Assembly: GCA_965227295.1 (NCBI GenBank)
Contig: OZ245742.1
Coordinates: 4,608,001-4,672,000, forward strand
Source of the DNA: Leptonemataceae bacterium
Lineage (GTDB): Bacteria; Spirochaetota; Leptospiria; Leptospirales; Leptonemataceae
DNA length: 64,000 bases
Direction: 5' to 3'
The notes beneath the pieces were generated by a model. It saw only the letters and a list, made by a program, of their open reading frames with translations, was not told where the DNA came from and did no database searches. The position numbers were made by a program, and so were the translations under genes. Positions 21,824 through 31,822 of the stretch are shown piece after piece. How positions within the stretch are numbered: position 1 is the stretch's first letter; every line of letters begins with the position of its first letter.

Positions 21824-24487
21824 GTGGAACGTGAGAAGCATCCTTCCCGTACCGGCAAACCCGTCCTGTGGTACCGGAGCCTCGCGTTCCTGGGATTGCT
21901 CGGCTTAACGCTGATTCCCCTCTGGGACATGGCGGGCATCGCCGTCATCATGCAGACCCGGGGTCATGACCTGGTGGTCCGCGAATCGTCCAAACTCATT
22001 GAAGAACTGGGCAACACCGCCATCGCCGAAATCGGTCGGCGTTCCCGGGAGATCAGCGCCCTCACCCGCAGTCTGGCCATCGTCGGCGAAACTCTGCCGC
22101 GCAACGAAGCTCTCTTTCGACGCGTGCTGCCCGGCGTCCTGAATTTTCACGGCGACCAGAACATTGCCGGCGGCGGCGTGTGGCCGGAGCCGTACGCCTT
22201 CGCGCCCGGTCGCGAACTGCGCAGTTTCTTTTACGGCCGCGATTCCGAAGGCATCCTGCGTTACTACGAAGACTACAACAGCGGTCGCGGTTATCATCGC
22301 GAGGAATGGTATCCCGTCGTAAAGTACTCGGAGCCCGGACAGTGTTTCTGGTCGCGCTCGTACATGGACCCGCACACGCATCAGCCCATGGTGACATGTT
22401 CGGTGGCCATGCGGGCGGACGGCGAGTTCTCCGGCGTGTCTACAGTAGACCTGAAACTCGAAGGCCTGCATGATTTCATGGAACGCATTCGCGTAAAGAC
22501 CGGCGGCTACGTCTTTCTCTTAGATCGCAATAATAAGTTCTTAACGTTTCCGTTTCCCGAGCGGGTGCGGCGCATCGGCACCGACGCGGACGGCGATCCG
22601 GTGCGAGAGTTTCTTACGGCCCGGGACTTCGCCGATGAAGAACCCCTCTTCGGTCCCATCGCCGACGCGGTGGAGGCCATGAACGCACAGATCATCGAAC
22701 TCGCGCGGCGCAGTCCGAATTACCGCTCGGAGATCGTCGAACGCATCGACCAGGGCAGCGACCAGATCAATACGGCTGAAGCGGAGTACATCGCCGCGAT
22801 CATCGCCGATCCCCTCGGACAAAACGTCGACGGAGGACCGGACGACGGCCATCTCTTTCGCAAGTTTCAGATTCCGAACGACTCCATCACCGGCGAAGAG
22901 TCCATCGTGTTCATTTTTCACGTACCGGACTCGTACTGGAAACTCGTAGCGGTAAAACCCATGTCCGAGGCGCGGGCCGTGGCCGGCGCCATCACCCGGG
23001 TGATTTTGATTTTGATTGCCGGTACGATTCTACTCGGCGTCGTCCTGGCCGCAATTCCGCTGTACCGTTTCTTCACGAAACCTCTGCGGGAGACTACTGC
23101 CGCCGTGCAAAGACTCGGTGCCCTCGTAGGCCGCCGCCAGTTCGATCAGCTCGAAGACCATCTCATCGATTACCCGAAGGACAACGAACTCGGCCGTCTG
23201 GCCGCGGTCATCAATCAACTCGCGGCGGATCTCAAAGACTCGTACTCTTCGTTGTTGGACTTGAACGCCAACCTGGAAGCCCGGGTGGACGAACGCACGG
23301 CGGAGATTCAGCGCAACTTAGAGGAAATTCGCACGTTGAAGTTTCAGCAGGACGGCGACTACTTTCTTACGGCGCAACTGCTCAAACCTCTGGGCGGCGG
23401 AAGTTACCAGAGCGAGATGGTAAACATCGAGAGTGTGGTCTCGCAGAAGAAGAAGTTTCACTTCAAACGCTGGAGTGACGAGATCGGCGGGGACATCTGC
23501 ATTGCGCGCAGCGTACGCCTGCGGGACCGGGACATGACGGCCTTCCTCAACGCCGACGCCATGGGCAAGTCCATCCAGGGCGCCGGCGGCATCCTGGTCC
23601 TCGGGGCGATCTTCAACGCTTCCGTGGAACGCACGCGCCTCTCACGCTCCATGCAACGCCTGTCCCCGGAACGCTGGCTGAAGACCATGTATCTGGAAAG
23701 CCACAAGGTCTTTCAAACATTCAACGGGTTTATGTTAGTGAGCGCCACCCTCGGTCTTGTGGACGAAGCCACGGGGTCGCTCTACTTCCTCAACGCCGGT
23801 CATCCAGGTCTGGTATTGTATCGCGACGGCCGCGCGCGTTTTCTGGAAAACCGCATGCCCGCTCATAAGCTCGGGTTTCTCATGCCCGGCGACATCCCGC
23901 ACATCCAGACTTACGCCCTGGAACCCCTGGACGTGATCTTCGCCGGCTCCGACGGCCGGGACGACCTTGCCGTAGGCCGCGACGACTCCGGCAATGCCAT
24001 TCTCAATGAGGATCTCGACCTCTTCTTGCAGCACGTCGAAAACGGCGGCGGCAAACTGGACGCGGTCTATGATGAGATTCTGAAGACCGGCGACCCCACG
24101 GACGACATTTCGTTGATGCGCATCGAGTACGGCGGCATGCATCTGCTGAAGCCCATCGGAGAACCCGACAGCACGCCGCACAAACGTAAAACGGAAAACG
24201 CGTACGCCGAGTATCGCACGCGTAACTACGAGGTGGCGGCGGAGTACGCCCGGGAGCATGTTGAATCGCATCCCCACGATACGGACTTCCTCTACTTCGC
24301 CTCGCTGGCATTCTTTCGAGCGGCGCGGTACAACGAGGCCGCTGACGCCGGCGAACGATACCGCATGCGACGCCCCGATGAGGTGCGGAACTTACGCAAC
24401 CTGGCGCGCATCTACGATCGCCTCGGAGACCCCGACCGTTGCCGGGCCATGCTGGCAGAGGCGGCGGCGCTACGGTCGCGAGCATAG
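21824..24487 (+). CDS. Cache sensor - HAMP - SpoIIE/PP2C phosphatase - TPR protein (paralog 1)
   Basis: Two TM helices flanking a Cache domain (EWY, WSRSYMD..MVT), NELGRLA, IGGD, DAMGKS, NAGH, SDGRDD, DDISL, C-terminal TPR-like helices. Confidence 0.9.
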   Translation: MEREKHPSRTGKPVLWYRSLAFLGLLGLTLIPLWDMAGIAVIMQTRGHDLVVRESSKLIEELGNTAIAEIGRRSREISALTRSLAIVGETLPRNEALFRRVLPGVLNFHGDQNIAGGGVWPEPYAFAPGRELRSFFYGRDSEGILRYYEDYNSGRGYHREEWYPVVKYSEPGQCFWSRSYMDPHTHQPMVTCSVAMRADGEFSGVSTVDLKLEGLHDFMERIRVKTGGYVFLLDRNNKFLTFPFPERVRRIGTDADGDPVREFLTARDFADEEPLFGPIADAVEAMNAQIIELARRSPNYRSEIVERIDQGSDQINTAEAEYIAAIIADPLGQNVDGGPDDGHLFRKFQIPNDSITGEESIVFIFHVPDSYWKLVAVKPMSEARAVAGAITRVILILIAGTILLGVVLAAIPLYRFFTKPLRETTAAVQRLGALVGRRQFDQLEDHLIDYPKDNELGRLAAVINQLAADLKDSYSSLLDLNANLEARVDERTAEIQRNLEEIRTLKFQQDGDYFLTAQLLKPLGGGSYQSEMVNIESVVSQKKKFHFKRWSDEIGGDICIARSVRLRDRDMTAFLNADAMGKSIQGAGGILVLGAIFNASVERTRLSRSMQRLSPERWLKTMYLESHKVFQTFNGFMLVSATLGLVDEATGSLYFLNAGHPGLVLYRDGRARFLENRMPAHKLGFLMPGDIPHIQTYALEPLDVIFAGSDGRDDLAVGRDDSGNAILNEDLDLFLQHVENGGGKLDAVYDEILKTGDPTDDISLMRIEYGGMHLLKPIGEPDSTPHKRKTENAYAEYRTRNYEVAAEYAREHVESHPHDTDFLYFASLAFFRAARYNEAADAGERYRMRRPDEVRNLRNLARIYDRLGDPDRCRAMLAEAAALRSRA

Positions 24488-24644
24488 AATTGCGTGACGC
24501 CGCGCTGTTAAAACTACAACAATCAATAAAACAACCGGCGGAAATCTCCGCAGGGCGCTCAAAAATTCCCAACAACGGCTGCGCGAAATAAAAAATCTTT
24601 ACTATTGAATCCTGCCCGCTACGGAACGGTTCCAGAGGCGCAGC

Positions 24645-27374
24645 ATGAGTCAGGGCAATTCCGGAGTTCGTAAAGTTAAGTGGTATCGCAGCCTGAGCTT
24701 TCTCGGATTGATCGGGCTTACGCTCATTCCCCTGTGGGACATGGCCGGCATCTTCGTGATCATGAATACGAAAGGTCGCGATCTCGTGGTCAAAGAATCG
24801 TCGCGGCTCATTGAAGAACTCGGCAACACCGCCATCGCCGAAATCGGCAAACGTTCCCGGCAGATCGGCGCGCTGAGCCGCAGTGTCGCCATCATGGGCG
24901 AGTCCATGCCGAAGGACGATCGCATCGTGCAGAGCATTCTCCCGAACGTCCTGGATTTTCACGGCGACATGGACGTGGCCGGCGGCGGGATCTGGCCGGA
25001 ACCGTACGCCTTTCACCCGGGCAAGGAAAAATACTCGTTTTTCTACGGGCGCGACGAAAGCGGCAAACTTAAGTTCTACGACGATTACAACAGCGGCCGC
25101 GGTTATCATCAGGACGAGTGGTATCCTGTGGTGAAGTATTCGAAGGGCGGCAGTTGTTTCTGGAGCCGCTCGTACATGGATCCGTATTCCTATCAGCCGA
25201 TGGTTACGTGTACGGTGGCCATGCGCCGCGGCGAGAAGTTCATCGGCGTTTCCACGGTAGACCTGAAGCTCGAAGGTCTGCACGATTTTATGGAACGCAT
25301 CCGTACGAAGACCGGCGGTTACGTATTTCTCTTAGATCGCAATAATAAATTCTTAACGTTTCCGTTTCCGGAAAAGGTCAAGCTCGTTGAAACGGACGAC
25401 AAGGGCAATCGTACCGAGGAATTCATGACCGCCGAACGTTTCGCGCAGGACGAACCGTTGTTCGCACCCATTGCCTCCGCCGTGGAGCGCATGAACGAGT
25501 TCATCCTCGACAGCGCCCAAAAAATGGACCACTACCGTCCGGGCATCGTCGATCAAATCGACGCGGACAGCGACCAGATCAATCGCGAGGAGGCCGAGTT
25601 CATCGCCGCCGTTATCGCCGATCCCCTGGGGACCGACGACCGAAAAAGCAATCTCTACGAACAGTTTTCCATTCCCGACGACTTCATTACGAACGAGGAG
25701 TCTCTGGTGTTCGTCTTTCACGTTCCGGAATCGTACTGGAAAGTCGTCGCCGTAAAACCGATGTCCGAGGCCCAGGCGGTGGCGTCGGCGATCAGCAACG
25801 TCCTCATGTCCTTGATCGCCGTAACCATTCTGGTGGGCGTCCTCCTCGCCGCGGTGCTCCTGCACTATTTTTTCACGAAACCGATCAAAGAAACAACCCA
25901 GGCCGTGGAAGCGGTCGGAGAACTCGTCGCCGCCAAAGACTTCAGTCGATTGAAGGAGCACCGCATTGAAAACCCGGCGGAGAACGAACTCGGTCGTCTG
26001 GCAACGATCATCAACTCCCTCGGATCGGAACTGCAACAGAGCTACACGTCGCTGCTGGACCTGAACACGAATCTCGAAAAGAAAGTCGAAAAACGCACGG
26101 CGGAAATTCGCAAGACCCTCGACGAAATCCGCGAACTCAAGTACCGCCAGGACGGCGATTATTACTTAACTTCCCAGTTACTCAAACCGCTCAGCGGGAA
26201 TTACAGCGAGAACGACGCCGTAAGTGTCGAGTTTGTGGTATCGCAAAACAAGAAGTTCGAGTTCAAAAAGTGGAAAGAAGAAATCGGCGGCGACATATGC
26301 ATCTCTCACGACATTGAACTGCGCGATCGCCCGCTTACGATCCTGCTGAACGCCGACGCCATGGGCAAGTCCATCCAGGGGGCCGGCGGAATTCTGGTGT
26401 TGGGTTCGATCTTCAGTGCCACCATCGAACGCACGCGTTTGTCGGGACCGGTGCAGGCGCTGTCGCCGGAACGCTGGTTGAAGAACGCCTTCGTCGAAAT
26501 GCAAAAGGTCTTTGAAGCCTTCGATGGTTCCATGTTGATCTCGGTCTTCCTCGCCGCGGTGGATCAGGCCACCGGTACGATGTACTACATCAACGCGGAG
26601 CATCCGCCGGCCGTGCTCTATCGCGACGGCCGGGCGGCGTTCGCCGAGGAAGGCCGGCCGTTGCGCAAACTCGGCGTGGTCCTGGGCGAAGCCGGAAGCC
26701 TGCAAATCCAGGTGCTGCGACTGCAGTCCGGCGACGTGTTGTATCTGGGATCCGACGGCCGCGACGACCTGGAGATCGGTACCGATGAAAAAGGCCATCG
26801 CATCATCAACGAGGATGAGACGTTGTTCCTGCGCCATGTGGAACGCGGCGGCGGTCGGTTGCAGGACGTACTCACCGAAATTTACAACACCGGCAGACTC
26901 GCCGACGATCTATCGTTGATGCGCGTCGAGTTCGCCGGAGACACGCTTGCCGTGAGTCCCAGGACCAGGGAATTCCTGGAAGAAGCGCGCGAACTTACGG
27001 GCAAGGGACGTCATCGCGACGCCCTGTATCGCCTGGAAGCGGCGGTGGCCGGCGGCGAATCGAATCCGTTGATTGATCGCGCCCTCGCGCGGGTGCACTA
27101 CAAACTGGGTGACTTCCGACGCGCCGCGAATCACGCCGATCGTTACCTCGTCGCGCATCCGCACGACACGCGTTTTTTATTTTTCGCGTCGATCGTAATG
27201 TTTAAGGCCGGACGGTTAGAGGAAGCCGTGGATCTCGGGGAACGCGGCCGCATGCGACGACCGGGCGAGCGCAACAATCTCCTGAACCTGGCGACGATCT
27301 ACGAGAAACAGGGGAACCCGCGGCGCGCGGAGACCATGCGCGCAGAAGCGGAAGTACTCGCCGCGGATGAATGA
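24645..27374 (+). CDS. Cache sensor - HAMP - SpoIIE/PP2C phosphatase - TPR protein (paralog 2)
   Basis: Same architecture and collinear with 21824-24487; NAEHP, SDGRDD, DDLSL. Confidence 0.9.
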   Translation: MSQGNSGVRKVKWYRSLSFLGLIGLTLIPLWDMAGIFVIMNTKGRDLVVKESSRLIEELGNTAIAEIGKRSRQIGALSRSVAIMGESMPKDDRIVQSILPNVLDFHGDMDVAGGGIWPEPYAFHPGKEKYSFFYGRDESGKLKFYDDYNSGRGYHQDEWYPVVKYSKGGSCFWSRSYMDPYSYQPMVTCTVAMRRGEKFIGVSTVDLKLEGLHDFMERIRTKTGGYVFLLDRNNKFLTFPFPEKVKLVETDDKGNRTEEFMTAERFAQDEPLFAPIASAVERMNEFILDSAQKMDHYRPGIVDQIDADSDQINREEAEFIAAVIADPLGTDDRKSNLYEQFSIPDDFITNEESLVFVFHVPESYWKVVAVKPMSEAQAVASAISNVLMSLIAVTILVGVLLAAVLLHYFFTKPIKETTQAVEAVGELVAAKDFSRLKEHRIENPAENELGRLATIINSLGSELQQSYTSLLDLNTNLEKKVEKRTAEIRKTLDEIRELKYRQDGDYYLTSQLLKPLSGNYSENDAVSVEFVVSQNKKFEFKKWKEEIGGDICISHDIELRDRPLTILLNADAMGKSIQGAGGILVLGSIFSATIERTRLSGPVQALSPERWLKNAFVEMQKVFEAFDGSMLISVFLAAVDQATGTMYYINAEHPPAVLYRDGRAAFAEEGRPLRKLGVVLGEAGSLQIQVLRLQSGDVLYLGSDGRDDLEIGTDEKGHRIINEDETLFLRHVERGGGRLQDVLTEIYNTGRLADDLSLMRVEFAGDTLAVSPRTREFLEEARELTGKGRHRDALYRLEAAVAGGESNPLIDRALARVHYKLGDFRRAANHADRYLVAHPHDTRFLFFASIVMFKAGRLEEAVDLGERGRMRRPGERNNLLNLATIYEKQGNPRRAETMRAEAEVLAADE

Positions 27375-27430
27375 TGCCGCGAGCGCGCGGCGTTTCAGGC
27401 GACGCGGTCGCGCGGTCAGCGCGCCATACG

Positions 27431-28360
27431 TTAGAACGGTTCCGCGTTCCGGATGGCCTCTTCGATTTCCTTGAGCTGCGTGGAGATGCGCGCGTCGATG
27501 GAGCCGACGTCGGTTTCGATGACGCAACCACCGCGGTCGATGCGGGAATCCTCGTAGATGTTGACCTTGCGGAGGGATTCCATCATCTTGATGAGTTCGT
27601 CTTTGTGTGCCGTGGTAAGTTCCAGGTCGGCAAAGTTAACGCGGATATCGACGCGGTCGCGATCCTTAATGCGTTTCAGGGCTTCGCGGATGTTGTTGAG
27701 AACGACCTCTTTCCGTTCGACGACCTCGTCTTTGATGACCTTGCGCGCGATCATGAGGATCATGTCCACCATCTGCTTTTCGGAAGCGGCGATGATTTCT
27801 TCGCGCACGTCGATGGCCTGGCCGACGATGGTGCCGAGACGATCGATGAGACGGCGAACCTCGGCCTGGCCTTTCTTGAAACCCACTTCCCGGCCGGCGT
27901 CGTAGCCCTTCTGGTAGGCCTCGTGTTCGATCTCGGCGACGCGCATCTCGGCTTCTTTGACCATGCGCTCGACTTCGAGTTTCGCGCGTTCGATGATCTG
28001 ATCGGCGTTGAGGCGCGCGGCCTCGTCTTCACGCTTGGCTTTCTCTTTGGATTCCTGAATTAAGTTAAAGGCGACGGCCTTGCCTTCTTCTTCGATTTGT
28101 TTCGCGCGTTCGTGGGCTTCTTCAAGTTCCTTCTGGATACGCTCTTCGGTTTCCTGGCGATAACGTTCCAGCTCGGCTTCGATCTCTTCGATCGTCGGAC
28201 CGTGGTACTGCTCAATGACGTTGCCCTCGGCGTCGACCTCGTACTCGTCGGCCTCGTCGATGCCCTGATACTTCTTGTACTTGTCGGGGATTTCCAGGTC
28301 GACGGAGTCCTGGATGTTGGAGATTTGAACGGGTTTGAAGACGAGATTCTGTGTGGCCAT
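27431..28360 (-). CDS. fliH: Flagellar assembly protein FliH
   Basis: AYQKGYDAGREVG (AxxxGxxxG), coiled coil, IRVNFADL, RGGCVIETDVGSIDAR. Confidence 0.95.
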   Translation of the reverse strand: MATQNLVFKPVQISNIQDSVDLEIPDKYKKYQGIDEADEYEVDAEGNVIEQYHGPTIEEIEAELERYRQETEERIQKELEEAHERAKQIEEEGKAVAFNLIQESKEKAKREDEAARLNADQIIERAKLEVERMVKEAEMRVAEIEHEAYQKGYDAGREVGFKKGQAEVRRLIDRLGTIVGQAIDVREEIIAASEKQMVDMILMIARKVIKDEVVERKEVVLNNIREALKRIKDRDRVDIRVNFADLELTTAHKDELIKMMESLRKVNIYEDSRIDRGGCVIETDVGSIDARISTQLKEIEEAIRNAEPF

Positions 28361-28565
28361 AGACCGTGATCCGTTTAGTACGAGATTTCGGCGCGCGCTT
28401 GCAATGCGAGACGGCGCACTGTGTACTTTATCGGTACATTTCGTCCAGGAAATAGCAAGAGTTTCGGCGGATGAGCGAGGAAATATTTTCGGGAACTTAC
28501 GTTAAGTACTGCTCGTTTTTTGGGGAACCGGGAGGGGACATAATGTCATAGTACAACGGATCTGA

Positions 28566-29057
28566 TCATCCGGATTTACGCCGCGCCGCGTTCTTCTTTT
28601 TACCGGCCGCCTTTTTCTTAACTTTCTTGCCCGGCTTCTTAGCGCCGGCCTTCTTCTTTTTCGCGGCCGCTTTCTTCTTACGTTTCGGCACCGACAACTC
28701 GTAGCCCGCGCGCAGAATTTTCTCCAGCTCCATCCAGTCCACCTTTACCGGCCCGTCCTTGCTTTCCAGGCGCACACCGACCCATCCCTTCGGCCCCATG
28801 TACGGCGGCCGGAAAAACCGCGCCGGATTTTTTTCGATCAAGTGCTCCTGCGCGAGCGGCGGCGCCTTCACCCACACGGCAATGTGTCCGCTGTCGTGAT
28901 GATCACAATCGCTCATGGCGAACATCGTCCCGCCGTCCACCCGGAACGTGGCCTCACCCCACGCTTCTTTTTCAAACGCATCCGGAAACGCAAGGATGAT
29001 CGTACGCAGTCTCGCGATTAACTTGTTACTGGAATCATATTTACGAACATGTGCCAT
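28566..29057 (-). CDS. MmcQ/YjbR family protein with Lys/Ala-rich tail
   Basis: WGEATFRV..MFA, FFRPPYMGPKGWVGVRL, VDW.EL; KKKAAAKKKKA tail. Confidence 0.85.
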   Translation of the reverse strand: MAHVRKYDSSNKLIARLRTIILAFPDAFEKEAWGEATFRVDGGTMFAMSDCDHHDSGHIAVWVKAPPLAQEHLIEKNPARFFRPPYMGPKGWVGVRLESKDGPVKVDWMELEKILRAGYELSVPKRKKKAAAKKKKAGAKKPGKKVKKKAAGKKKNAARRKSG

Positions 29058-29108
29058 ATCTGAGTACCTCTACCCGCGTGCTCGCGATGGGATTTGCGAC
29101 GTCTACGG

Positions 29109-30113
29109 CTAATCCTCCGTAGGATCCAATCCCTGAAACGAACCCTCATCCAACGTCAACGTATCTCCGCGCCATAACATACACGTCGTCTGTTCCTCCG
29201 CGCGCACGGGACAAACCGGCATCGAACAAAAGTTACAGTGCTCGCCGCTGCACGGATCGCTGTGCCAGGTCGCAAAGAGCGGCCGCCGCAGTTCGCGTTG
29301 CAGACCGGCAACGACTTTCGACTCGAGTTCGTGCAGTTCTTCTATAGTATAGTATCGCGGCACGATCATGTGAAAATGCAATTCCAGGCGCGGACCGGTT
29401 TCACGCAGGCGCAGTTGATGCGGCAGAATCATCTCCGGGCGGCGCACGGCCTGAAAGGCTTCCGCCGTTGCGGCCAGGGCCTCCGGTCGCACGCGGTCCA
29501 TGAGACGATCGAACGACTGCTTCAGGATTCGCACGCCGCTGCCGAAAATCCAGAGCGCCATGATCACCGCGAGAATCGGATCGAGGATCGCGAGATCCGT
29601 AAAGTATACGAGCAAGAGACCGCCGACCACCCCGGCGGATGTCACAACGTCCGAAAGCACGTGTTTGCCGTCGGCGACCAACGCATCGCTGTGCAAGCGC
29701 CGCCCGCGCCGAACTAAAAACCAGCCCAGGCCGAGATTCAACACCGACGCCCCCACGAGCAACACCAGGCCTTCGTCGAGACGATGCAGCGTTTGCCCGC
29801 CGATGATCTTCGGGATACTTGCGTAGAGAATAAAGATCGCCGCGAGTACAATGAGCGCGCCCTCGAAACCGGCGCTGAAGTACTCCAGACGTCCCTTGCC
29901 GAAGGGATGTTTTTGATCCGGGGCGTGGGAGCTCTGCCAGATCGCGTAGGCCGAAAACATCGCCGCCACGATGTTGTTGATGCTTTCCACGGCATCGGAA
30001 AAGATCGCCGCCGAATCGCTAACCACGTACCCCGCGAACTTAAGCCCGCAGATCAACAGGCCGCCCGCGACGGAAATTAACGCGGCACTCAGTTTTGCTC
30101 GATTGCTTTTCAT
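29109..30113 (-). CDS. Cation diffusion facilitator (FieF-like) with Cys-rich C-terminus
   Basis: SAAIFSDAVES, PDQKHPFGKGRLEY, ADGKHVLSD, ILDP; HSDPCSGEHCNFCSMPVC tail. Confidence 0.92.
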   Translation of the reverse strand: MKSNRAKLSAALISVAGGLLICGLKFAGYVVSDSAAIFSDAVESINNIVAAMFSAYAIWQSSHAPDQKHPFGKGRLEYFSAGFEGALIVLAAIFILYASIPKIIGGQTLHRLDEGLVLLVGASVLNLGLGWFLVRRGRRLHSDALVADGKHVLSDVVTSAGVVGGLLLVYFTDLAILDPILAVIMALWIFGSGVRILKQSFDRLMDRVRPEALAATAEAFQAVRRPEMILPHQLRLRETGPRLELHFHMIVPRYYTIEELHELESKVVAGLQRELRRPLFATWHSDPCSGEHCNFCSMPVCPVRAEEQTTCMLWRGDTLTLDEGSFQGLDPTED

Positions 30114-30165
30114 CTATCAGTATTGATTCGTAAAATTGCGACCCTTCGCAGGCCTCACGCTCGAC

Positions 30166-30361
30166 ATGCACGGCTCTTCGCGCGAGCGATGCGGAGGGGG
30201 CCGCGAAGCGGCCGACTCGCCGCAGGCGAGGCCGAGCGATGAGCGACGCCGGCAAGGTCCCGCTTGTCGGGACCGCGGCAGTTCGTATTCCCCCCGGAGC
30301 AGCGCGGTCGCCGAAGGTGACGCGCCCAAAAAATCACCACCTCTTCTTATCCAGCTCGTGC
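30166..30361. repeat. Multi-hairpin intergenic element (copy A of a dispersed structured family)
   Basis: Hairpins GGCCGC-GAA-GCGGCC, CTCGC-CGCAG-GCGAG, GGTCCCG-CTTGT-CGGGACC, GTCGCC-GAA-GGTGAC; shares motifs with 63254-63468. Confidence 0.7.
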
Positions 30362-30413
30362 CGGAAGTACAAATCGTACTTGCCGTGGCGGGCCGAGAAG
30401 TCAAGTTGTCGTT

Positions 30414-31217
30414 ATGTCGCAGCCCCCCTTGATCGTCGAGGAACACCCGAGCGAGTTCGGCGGTCGCGTGCTGACACTGAGATTCAATCGCCCCGAAGCG
30501 CGCAACGCCGTATCGTTCGCGTTGCTCGAAGAACTTGAAAAAGCCGTAGCCACCTTCAGCGCAGACGCCGGCGTTCGCGGCCTGGTCTTTACCGGCACGG
30601 GCATGGCATTCAGCGCCGGCGCCGATTTAAAAGAACGCGCCACCATGAGCGATGCCCAGGTGCGCGACTTTCTGAAGCGCATCAACAAACTCTTTCGAAA
30701 CATCGAAGACCTGCCGTATCCCACCGTCGCCGCGATCAACGGCTTTGCCCTGGGCGGCGGCCTGGAACTCGCGCTCTGCTGCGACTTTCGCTTTATGCAG
30801 GATACGGCCACCGTGGGTCTACCGGAAACTTCCCTGGGCATCATCCCCGGGGCCGGCGGTACGCAACGGCTCACGCGACTCATCGGCCTCGCCGCCGCGA
30901 AAGAACTCATCTACACCGCCGCGCGCATCGACGGCAAACACGCGTTGCAGATCGGCGTGGCCCAACGTTCGCTGCCGGCCGGCGATCCGGTGGACGCGGC
31001 GGCCCGGGCCTTTCTATTGCGCGAGGTCTGTCACAACGCGCCCATCGCCGTGCGCCAGGCCAAACTTGCAATCAATCGCGGTTACGACGCGAAGGACATC
31101 GACGCGGCGCTCAAAGTCGAACACGAGGCTTACGCCGTCACGATCCCCACGCAGGATCGCATGGAAGCCCTGGCCGCATTCAAGGAAAAGCGCAAGCCGA
31201 AATTCACCGGCGAGTAA
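30414..31217 (+). CDS. Enoyl-CoA hydratase/isomerase family protein
   Basis: NRPEARNA, FSAGADLKE, NGFALGGGLELALCCD, GLPETSLGIIPGAGGTQRL. Confidence 0.95.
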   Translation: MSQPPLIVEEHPSEFGGRVLTLRFNRPEARNAVSFALLEELEKAVATFSADAGVRGLVFTGTGMAFSAGADLKERATMSDAQVRDFLKRINKLFRNIEDLPYPTVAAINGFALGGGLELALCCDFRFMQDTATVGLPETSLGIIPGAGGTQRLTRLIGLAAAKELIYTAARIDGKHALQIGVAQRSLPAGDPVDAAARAFLLREVCHNAPIAVRQAKLAINRGYDAKDIDAALKVEHEAYAVTIPTQDRMEALAAFKEKRKPKFTGE

Positions 31218-31238
31218 GTTGCGCATCTAAAACACGTT

Positions 31239-31769
31239 ATGATTCTGACCGGACCCGAAATCAAGAAACACCTCGGCAAAGATATTATCATCGAACCTTA
31301 CGATGAAAACCTGCTGAACCCGAACTCCTACAACCTGCGTTTGCACGACGAGTTCCTCACTTACACGGAAAAGACCCTCGACATGAAGTCGCCCAATCCC
31401 ACGGAAAAATTCACCGTGGATCCGGAAGAAGGCCTGCTGCTGGAACCGGGCCGCCTGTACCTGGGCCGCACCATCGAATACACCGAGACTCACAACTTCG
31501 TCCCCATGCTCGAGGGCCGTTCTTCCGTGGGTCGCCTGGGGATGTTCGTGCACGTCACCGCCGGTTTCGGCGACGTCGGCTTCAAAGGCTACTGGACGCT
31601 GGAAATTTCGGCCATCCATCCCGTGCGCATCTACCCGGGCGTGGGCATCTGCCAGATCTTCTACCACGCGATTCAGGGCGACATCATCGAGTACAAGTCG
31701 AACAAGTACCAGAACAACCGCGAGATCCAGCCGAGTATGCTGTACAAGGATTTCTCGAACAAAAGTTAA
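31239..31769 (+). CDS. dcd: dCTP deaminase
   Basis: NPNSYNLRL, EGRSSVGRLG, TAGFGDVGFKGYWTLE, KYQ. Confidence 0.95.
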   Translation: MILTGPEIKKHLGKDIIIEPYDENLLNPNSYNLRLHDEFLTYTEKTLDMKSPNPTEKFTVDPEEGLLLEPGRLYLGRTIEYTETHNFVPMLEGRSSVGRLGMFVHVTAGFGDVGFKGYWTLEISAIHPVRIYPGVGICQIFYHAIQGDIIEYKSNKYQNNREIQPSMLYKDFSNKS

Positions 31770-31786
31770 GGAACCGGTGGCGCCCC

Positions 31787-31816
31787 TGGACGCGGCGGGC
31801 CGATCGTGCTTATAAT
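31787..31816 (+). promoter_or_regulatory. Sigma70 promoter, probable leaderless start
   Basis: TGGACG-18 nt-TATAAT; ATG 7 nt after the -10 box. Confidence 0.6.
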
Positions 31817-31822
31817 AAAGGC

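Noticed and set aside
30117..30538. Short ORFs across the 30.1-30.4 kb intergenic region
   Set aside because: No RBS or motifs; better explained by the GC-rich palindromic element
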